Assembly (NCBI RefSeq): GCF_028368995.1
Contig: NZ_JAQNDL010000001.1
Span: 32,001 to 96,000, forward strand
Direction of reading: 5' to 3'
DNA length: 64,000 nt
DNA from: Nannocystis bainbridge
Lineage (GTDB): Bacteria > Myxococcota_A > Polyangia > Nannocystales > Nannocystaceae
In this document: positions 58,614-64,000 of the stretch, piece after piece
How positions within the stretch are numbered: the first letter of the stretch is position 1
Layout: each line of letters starts with the position of its first letter
Notes under the pieces: generated by a model
Told to the model about the DNA's origin: nothing
Databases searched by the model: none
The model's input: only the letters and a program-made list of their open reading frames with translations
Program-made: the position numbers and the translations under genes

Positions 58614-59178
58614 CCTGCTCGACGGCCTGCTCGACCGTCAGCGGGATCCGTCCCTGCGGGTCGACCGAGGCCTGGGCCGCGAGCCCGTAGATCACGGCGA
58701 TGATGCCGCGGGCGACCACCTGCGGATCGCCGCTCAGCACGCCCTGCTCGCCGCCGCGGCGGACGATCTCGGCGTAGCAGCTCCGCATCTCGGCGAAGGT
58801 CCGCTCGAGCTTCTCGCGGTACTCCTGGATCTGGCCCGACATCGTCACCAGCAGGTTGCACAGCTTGGCCTCGTCGCCGTGGTCCACGAACAGGCGCAGA
58901 TGGTTCGCGGCCACCTGCGCGAGCGCCCGGTCCGCCGGCAGATCCGGCGGCACGTCCGCCGCCCAGCGCTCTTGCAAGGCCAGCAGCTGCGCGTCGAGGA
59001 TGTCGTGGAACAGCGACTCCTTGGCCTTGTAATGAAAGTACACGCCGCCTTTGCTGAGGCCGGCGTCGCGGGCGATGTCCAGGAGCCGCGTCGAGGAGTA
59101 GCCGCGGCGCACGAAGCACCGCGTCGCCGCAGCCCGGATCTGCTGCTTGCGCTGGTCGTCGATCTTCTGGCGTGTCAT
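58585..59178 (-). CDS. TetR/AcrR-family regulator
   Basis: AATRCFVRRGY..DIARDAGLSKGGVYFHYKAKESLF; 3' end overlaps the Memo-like gene. Confidence 0.93.
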   Translation of the reverse strand: MTRQKIDDQRKQQIRAAATRCFVRRGYSSTRLLDIARDAGLSKGGVYFHYKAKESLFHDILDAQLLALQERWAADVPPDLPADRALAQVAANHLRLFVDHGDEAKLCNLLVTMSGQIQEYREKLERTFAEMRSCYAEIVRRGGEQGVLSGDPQVVARGIIAVIYGLAAQASVDPQGRIPLTVEQAVEQVMRLAGAKA

Positions 59179-59503
59179 CGCTGCTTCCCACCCTCCCGGC
59201 GCCGCGGCGGCGCCCCCTGCACTCCACGCTAACGGAGACCCCCCTCGGTCTGTAAAGCCGCCTCGCAGCCTCAACAACGACGGGTGATATCGGCCCTCCT
59301 GCCGTGGAAGGCCGCGTAGACCGGGCCAGGCCGGCGGATCGGGCCGTCTCGGTTTTTCGGGCGGTATCGGCCCCGAAACGCGTCGATCTCCGTCCTCGTG
59401 AGCTCGCTGCTGGAGGGCGATGCCGCCCGGCGCGACGCTACCCCTTGGCCGGACCCCCTCCTGAATAAGACACTAAGTCGCGCGTCCTGGACGCCGAGGT
59501 TTT

Positions 59504-60040
59504 ATGCGCAAGCTGCTTCCGGTCCTCATGACCCTCGCCTTCACCCTGCCCGCCTGCTCCTTCTCGTATTCGTCGTCGCGCGGCAAGCAGGGCACCCAGA
59601 ACGAGAACCCGAAGGGCAAGGGCAAGGGCAAGCCGGCGCGCCAGGCCGCGGTCGATTCGTCGAGCACACCTGCTCCGAGCCCCGCCGCCGAGCCTGCCCC
59701 CGCGGCCGACCCCACGCCCGCCGCCGAAGAGACCCCCGTCGCTGAAGAGACCCCGTCGCGCGCCGGCACGCCGACCGTCGCCACCTCGGCCCGCCTCGCC
59801 GCTCCCGGCACCACGCCGACCGAGCCGCGCTCCGCCTCGCTCGTGACCCCGCGCGACGGCGCGGCGCCCAAGCCCGGCGTCGGCACCATCAGCGCCGGCG
59901 ACAGCAAGCCCCGGACCGGCCCCGGCACCATCGCCGGCGCCAGCAAGCCCGCGCCGAAGGCCGCCCCCGTCAGCCTGACCGCCGCGCCGAAGACCACCGA
60001 GCCGCCGAAGAGCGACACCCGGCTGGCCGCGCCGCAGTGA
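59504..60040 (+). CDS. Pro/Ala/Thr-rich disordered lipoprotein
   Basis: MRKLLPVLMTLAFTLPAC lipoprotein signal; RBS GAGG. Confidence 0.72.
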   Translation: MRKLLPVLMTLAFTLPACSFSYSSSRGKQGTQNENPKGKGKGKPARQAAVDSSSTPAPSPAAEPAPAADPTPAAEETPVAEETPSRAGTPTVATSARLAAPGTTPTEPRSASLVTPRDGAAPKPGVGTISAGDSKPRTGPGTIAGASKPAPKAAPVSLTAAPKTTEPPKSDTRLAAPQ

Positions 60041-60051
60041 GCTCCCGGCCG

Positions 60052-60163
60052 TGACAAGAGGGCCATGACCGTGAGGTCATGGCCCTTCGTTCATGTCCGT
60101 TCAGACAGGCTCAAAGGGCCATGACCGCGAGGCCATGGCCCTTTCTACATGTCCATTCGGACA
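60052..60163. repeat. 14-bp-unit array (8 units, 2 x 56-bp higher-order repeat) between convergent genes
   Basis: TGACAagagGGCCA TGACCgtgaGGTCA TGGCCcttcGTTCA TGTCCgttcAGACA | GGCTCaaagGGCCA TGACCgcgaGGCCA TGGCCctttCTACA TGTCCattcGGACA. Confidence 0.9.
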
Positions 60164-60171
60164 GGGCCGAC

Positions 60172-60822
60172 TCAGGAGCGCGAGCCGGTGCGCACGTGGG
60201 CGCGGCGCCCGGGCACGTCGGCGCGCTGCATCGGCGCGGGCGGCAGCTCGAGCCGCGGGTCGACCGGCCCCTGGCGGCGCAGCACCGAGAGCGAGACCTC
60301 GTCGAACTCGTCGTCCGCGTCCTCCACCTCGAGGTCCTCGCGCGCGGTGAAGCGGCGGCGGAGGATCGGCGCCTCGTCGGTCTCCTCGACCTCGTCGGCC
60401 AGCTCGTCCTCGTCGACCTCGTCGAGCTCGGTCGGATCGACGCTCGGCGGCTGCAGCTCGAGCTGCGCCGGGCTGGCGCGCCGCTTGCGAGCCGCGGGCG
60501 CCGACTTGCCGGTCGGCGTGTTGAGGCTGGCGCGCAGCTCGACGCCGGGGCGGAAGTCGATCGTGAACGCCGCGTCGATCGTCATCGGCTCGAGCGTCCG
60601 CGGGTTGACGCCCTTGCGAGCCGAGCGCTTCTTCTTGGTGAAGGTGCCGAAGCCCGGGAACGTGAAGCGCGGGCTCTGAGCCCGCGTGACCCTCGCCTTG
60701 ACGAAGTAGGCGGACAGCTCCCCGAACGCGATCTCGAGGATCTGTTGCACGCACTTCTTCGTGATATCGGGCGGCAGCTCCCGATTGCGTGCGATTTTTT
60801 CGATGAGTTCAGCCTTCGTCAT
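60172..60822 (-). CDS. HU/IHF-family DNA-binding protein with an acidic C-terminal tail
   Basis: MTKAELIEKIA, FPGFGTF..KRSARKGVNPRT..FRPG.ELR. Confidence 0.93.
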   Translation of the reverse strand: MTKAELIEKIARNRELPPDITKKCVQQILEIAFGELSAYFVKARVTRAQSPRFTFPGFGTFTKKKRSARKGVNPRTLEPMTIDAAFTIDFRPGVELRASLNTPTGKSAPAARKRRASPAQLELQPPSVDPTELDEVDEDELADEVEETDEAPILRRRFTAREDLEVEDADDEFDEVSLSVLRRQGPVDPRLELPPAPMQRADVPGRRAHVRTGSRS

Positions 60823-61024
60823 CGCGTCGCCACAGAACGGTGACTGTAGAAGTGGCGACGCGACACGTCAACTGTACTGCCGAACAGCATCAGCTGCTGA
60901 CAGGGAGGCGCGCGCCGAAAATTGGACGCTGGAAATTTCCGCCGCGCCGCGCGACGCACTTCTTCACAGCGCTTCGCACGTAAAATTCCGTCGATCATCC
61001 GGGCATTGCATGTGCATGAGGCGA

Positions 61025-62518
61025 TCAACTTCGCAGCACGCGCAGCGCTCGCTCGAGGTCCGACATCACCGTGTCGTCGGCCGGGTTTCGTTGACCCGGC
61101 GGGAGTTCACCCTCGCGGCGGATCACGTACGATGGATGATACGTGACGTGAAGTGGGATCTGCAGGCCCGCACCGGCGTCGTCGTAGGTAAAACGACGGT
61201 TGCGCATCTGTGCCAACTTCAGATCCTGATCGGCGCCGAGCAGCAACATCCCCGCATACCTGCCGAGCGCCACGATGACGTCGGGGCGGATCGCCCGCAC
61301 CTGGGCGCGCAGGAACGGCGAACACCGCTCGATCTCCTCAGCGGCCGGCTCGCGGTTGCCAGGCGGCCGGCACTTGAGCACGTTGGCGATGTAGACCTGC
61401 TCGCGCTTCATGCCGAGGCGCTCGATCCACTGGGTGAGCCGCCGGCCCGCCGCGCCGACGAACGGCTCGCCGCGCCGATCCTCGTCCGCGCCGGGCGCCT
61501 CGCCGACGAACATCACGCGGGCGTTGGGGTCGCCGACCCCGAATACGATGTTCGTGCGGGTCTTGGCGAGCTTGCAGCGGGTGCAGTCACCGACGTTGCG
61601 GGTCCGCAGATACTCGAGCTTCTGCGCCGGCGTCCACGCCTGAGCCTGCGCGCGCAGCCCCGCGTCGGCCGCTCGCGGCGGACCCTCGCTCTCGGCCGCG
61701 CGCGGCGGCCCTGAGGGATCCGCCAGCGGCAGACTCGCGCTGCGCGGTCGCGCCGGCGGCTCCGAAGGCGCACGCGAAGACGGCGCGCTCGCGGGCCGCT
61801 GCGGCTCGCCTGATCGATCCGCGAACGGTGGGCTCGCGGGCCGCTGCGGTTCGCGCGAACGATCCGCGAACGGCGGGCTCGCGGGCCGCTGCGGCTCGCG
61901 CGATCGATCCGCGGGCGGAGGGCTCGCGGGCCGCTGTGGCTCGCGCGATCGATCCGCGGGCGGAGGGCTCGCGGGCCGCTGCGCCGGCGGCGGTGCCGAT
62001 CGAGGCGGTGTCACCTCGTCCTCCCAGTCGTTCGGCGGCGGCTCGTCGTCCGACGAGTGCGACTCGCGGCCTGCGACGAGGAACGTCTCGTCTCGCATCG
62101 GCGCGCGACCGGGCGATCCGGTCTCTCGCGCCGGCGATGGCGACGCGCGACCGGGCGCGGCCGCAAGCGGCGGGCTCTCTCGCGTCGGTGCGCGGCCGGG
62201 GTTTGCGAAGCCCTCTCGGCTCGGTGCGCTGGCGGCTCCTGCATCGCGCTGCGGCGGACTCGACGGCTCGTGAGATCCGCGCGGTGCGGATCCGGCCTGG
62301 CCTTCGGGCCATGTCGGTGCGCCCGCGCTCGCGGATCGATCCTCGGTCACCTGTCCGGACGGCCAGGTAGGATCCGCGCGCGGACCCGGCTCGGGCGTGC
62401 GGCGTGGAGACGCCGCGGCCGACACGTACGCCAAGCCCCGGAACTCCCGGAGGTGGCGCAGGTGCGCGGCGAACTGGACCGCCAGTCTTCGCCTCGCGTC
62501 GTGTCGATCGCCCTCCAC
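61025..62518 (-). CDS. Uracil-DNA glycosylase family 4 with a long Pro-rich N-terminal extension
   Basis: [44 protein letters not shown]. Confidence 0.92.
   Translation of the reverse strand: MEGDRHDARRRLAVQFAAHLRHLREFRGLAYVSAAASPRRTPEPGPRADPTWPSGQVTEDRSASAGAPTWPEGQAGSAPRGSHEPSSPPQRDAGAASAPSREGFANPGRAPTRESPPLAAAPGRASPSPARETGSPGRAPMRDETFLVAGRESHSSDDEPPPNDWEDEVTPPRSAPPPAQRPASPPPADRSREPQRPASPPPADRSREPQRPASPPFADRSREPQRPASPPFADRSGEPQRPASAPSSRAPSEPPARPRSASLPLADPSGPPRAAESEGPPRAADAGLRAQAQAWTPAQKLEYLRTRNVGDCTRCKLAKTRTNIVFGVGDPNARVMFVGEAPGADEDRRGEPFVGAAGRRLTQWIERLGMKREQVYIANVLKCRPPGNREPAAEEIERCSPFLRAQVRAIRPDVIVALGRYAGMLLLGADQDLKLAQMRNRRFTYDDAGAGLQIPLHVTYHPSYVIRREGELPPGQRNPADDTVMSDLERALRVLRS
61787..61982. 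repeat. 45-bp coding tandem repeat (QRPASPP[P/F]ADRS[R/G]EP x about 4.3) in UDG
   Basis: GCTCGCGGGCCGCTG recurs at 61787, 61832, 61877, 61922 and 61967. Confidence 0.9.
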
Positions 62519-62531
62519 GAGATCCTCCGCT

Positions 62532-63821
62532 TCACGCCGCCGCGAGCGCGTCCAGCAACCACGTAGCCAGCGCCGCCTTGGCGATCGGCGGGCCCGAGGC
62601 GTTCACGGCGATCGCGTCGACGTCGCGAGTCAGCAGCAGCCCCGCATTGGTCGCCGAAGCGAAGCCGACCCCTGGCGCACCGACACGGTTGACGAAGATC
62701 GCGTCGGCGCCCTTGGCCCGCAGCTTGGCCTCGCCGAGGCGGATCAGCTCCTGCTGCAACCTGTCCTCGGGGCCATCTTCGACAGTCTGCGCGGCGAACC
62801 CGAGGAAGCGCGAGCGCGGGGTCCCGGCTGGCGCGCCGCGGCCGAAGCGAGCCGTGAGCGCGGCGAGGATGTCGCGCGCGGCTCGCCAGCCGAACGTCGG
62901 CAACCTCGCCAGCAGCTCGGCCTTCTCGAGCTTGCGCGCGGCCCCGCCGTCGATCTCGAGGTCCTGCACCGCCGCCACCATCGCCACCCAGTCATAGGGC
63001 CCCTGGGACAGCTCGCCTTCCAGCGCCGCGAACATCTGCTCCGCGGTCTCGACATCGACGCGGCGCACGCCCGGCGGCGTCGCCAGCTCGACCGGCCCTG
63101 CCACCAGCGTCACCTCGGCGCCGGCGCTGCGGGCCGCCTCGGCCAGCGCGAACCCCATCGCCCCGGTCGAAGCGTTGGTGACGAAGCGGACCGGATCGAT
63201 GTACGTGCGCGTCGGGCCGGCCGAGACCAGCACGCGCTTCCCCGTCCACGGCCCGCGCGCGGGCGGGCGCAACCTGGCCAGCGCGGCGGCGACGATCAGC
63301 GGCGGATCGATCATGCGGCCCTCGCCGATCCACCCGCACGCCAGCTGCCCGCGATCGGGCCCGACGAACTCGGCCCCGCGGGTGCGCAGCGTCGCCAGAT
63401 TTGCCTGCGTCGCCGGGTGCCGCCACATGTTGGTGTTCATCGCCGGCGCCCACAGCACCGGCGCGCGCGTGGCCAGCAGCACCGTCGCAGCGAGATCGTC
63501 GGCCATGCCCGCGGTCGCGCGCGCCAGCAGGTCGGCGGTCGCCGGCGCGACGACCACGAGGTCGGGCCAGTCGGCGAGCTCGATGTGACCGACGTGGCCC
63601 TCTTCTTCCGGGTCGAGCAGCCGCTTGCGCACCGGCCGGGTCGACACCGTCGCCAGCGACAGCTCGCTGACGAACGCCGCGGCCGCCGGCGTCATCACCA
63701 CCTGGACCTCGCAGCCGGCCGCCACGAACGCCCGCACCAGCTCCGGCGTCTTGTAGGCCGCGATCCCGCCGCTGACGATCAGCAGCACGCGACGGCCGCG
63801 CGGACGTGTCCCTGAGGACAT
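62532..63821 (-). CDS. coaBC: Bifunctional phosphopantothenoylcysteine decarboxylase/synthetase
   Basis: SGGIAAYK, HIELADW, APATAD, PAMNTNMW, LACG..GEGRM, AGPT..IDPVRFVTNASTG.MG; start at ATG 63821 (or TTG 63845). Confidence 0.96.
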   Translation of the reverse strand: MSSGTRPRGRRVLLIVSGGIAAYKTPELVRAFVAAGCEVQVVMTPAAAAFVSELSLATVSTRPVRKRLLDPEEEGHVGHIELADWPDLVVVAPATADLLARATAGMADDLAATVLLATRAPVLWAPAMNTNMWRHPATQANLATLRTRGAEFVGPDRGQLACGWIGEGRMIDPPLIVAAALARLRPPARGPWTGKRVLVSAGPTRTYIDPVRFVTNASTGAMGFALAEAARSAGAEVTLVAGPVELATPPGVRRVDVETAEQMFAALEGELSQGPYDWVAMVAAVQDLEIDGGAARKLEKAELLARLPTFGWRAARDILAALTARFGRGAPAGTPRSRFLGFAAQTVEDGPEDRLQQELIRLGEAKLRAKGADAIFVNRVGAPGVGFASATNAGLLLTRDVDAIAVNASGPPIAKAALATWLLDALAAA

Positions 63822-63837
63822 GTCCGTCGAGCCAGCC

Positions 63838-64000
63838 TCAGCCAACCGGATCCTCCTGCAGCGGCTCGGCCCCGACGGTGTGGATGCCGAAGCCGGTCAG
63901 GCCGACGATCTTGCGCGGGTTGTTGGTGATCACCTTGATGCGGTGGATGCCGAGGCTGCGCAGCACCTGCGCGCCGAGGCCGAACTCGCGGAAGCCCGCC
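63838..64000 (-). CDS. 3' end of a RibB/RibBA (DHBP synthase/GTP cyclohydrolase II) protein, partial
   Basis: Own translation: REFGLGAQVLRSLGIHRIKVITNNPRKIVGLTGFGI..*. Confidence 0.85.
   Translation of the reverse strand, partial: AGFREFGLGAQVLRSLGIHRIKVITNNPRKIVGLTGFGIHTVGAEPLQEDPVG

Overview
A very GC-rich, gene-dense 64-kb bacterial chromosomal segment. Gene content (FrzS-like pseudo-receiver/coiled-coil, Thr/Gly-rich Cys-rich lipoproteins, MalE-MalF fusion, OmpA-TSP3) points to a myxobacterium, probably Nannocystis-like (inference). About 50 CDS are supported. They include an ACP-fatty acyl-AMP ligase, a Fur-box-controlled iron divergon (TonB receptor, PepSY, spermidine synthase, ATP-grasp ligase, two lipoproteins), a P450 with a KstR-like TetR and two perfect KstR-type operators, a maltodextrin/glycogen cluster (3 GH13 lipoproteins, LamB-like porin, MalK, MalEF, MalG), a ClC-CBS-TrkA_C transporter, a Clp-type AAA+ protein, frzS, hflX, uppP, queA, HU, UDG and coaBC. 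No rRNA, tRNA, transposase or CRISPR was seen. The most striking unexplained signal is a 14-bp palindromic unit, TG(T/A/G/C)CC-N4-GG(A/T/C/G)CA, whose tandem junctions read GGACATGTCC. I counted it by eye at more than 30 loci, roughly one per 2 kb. It occurs as exactly 14-bp-phased degenerate arrays of 2-8 units between genes, inside protein linkers, and even written into conserved protein motifs through otherwise rare A/T-ending codons. At four operon junctions the arrays or sites lie in mini-ORFs that overlap both the upstream stop and the downstream start (ATGA/GTGA). This looks like a chromosome-wide protein-binding-site or self-expanding repeat system that I cannot assign to a known family.
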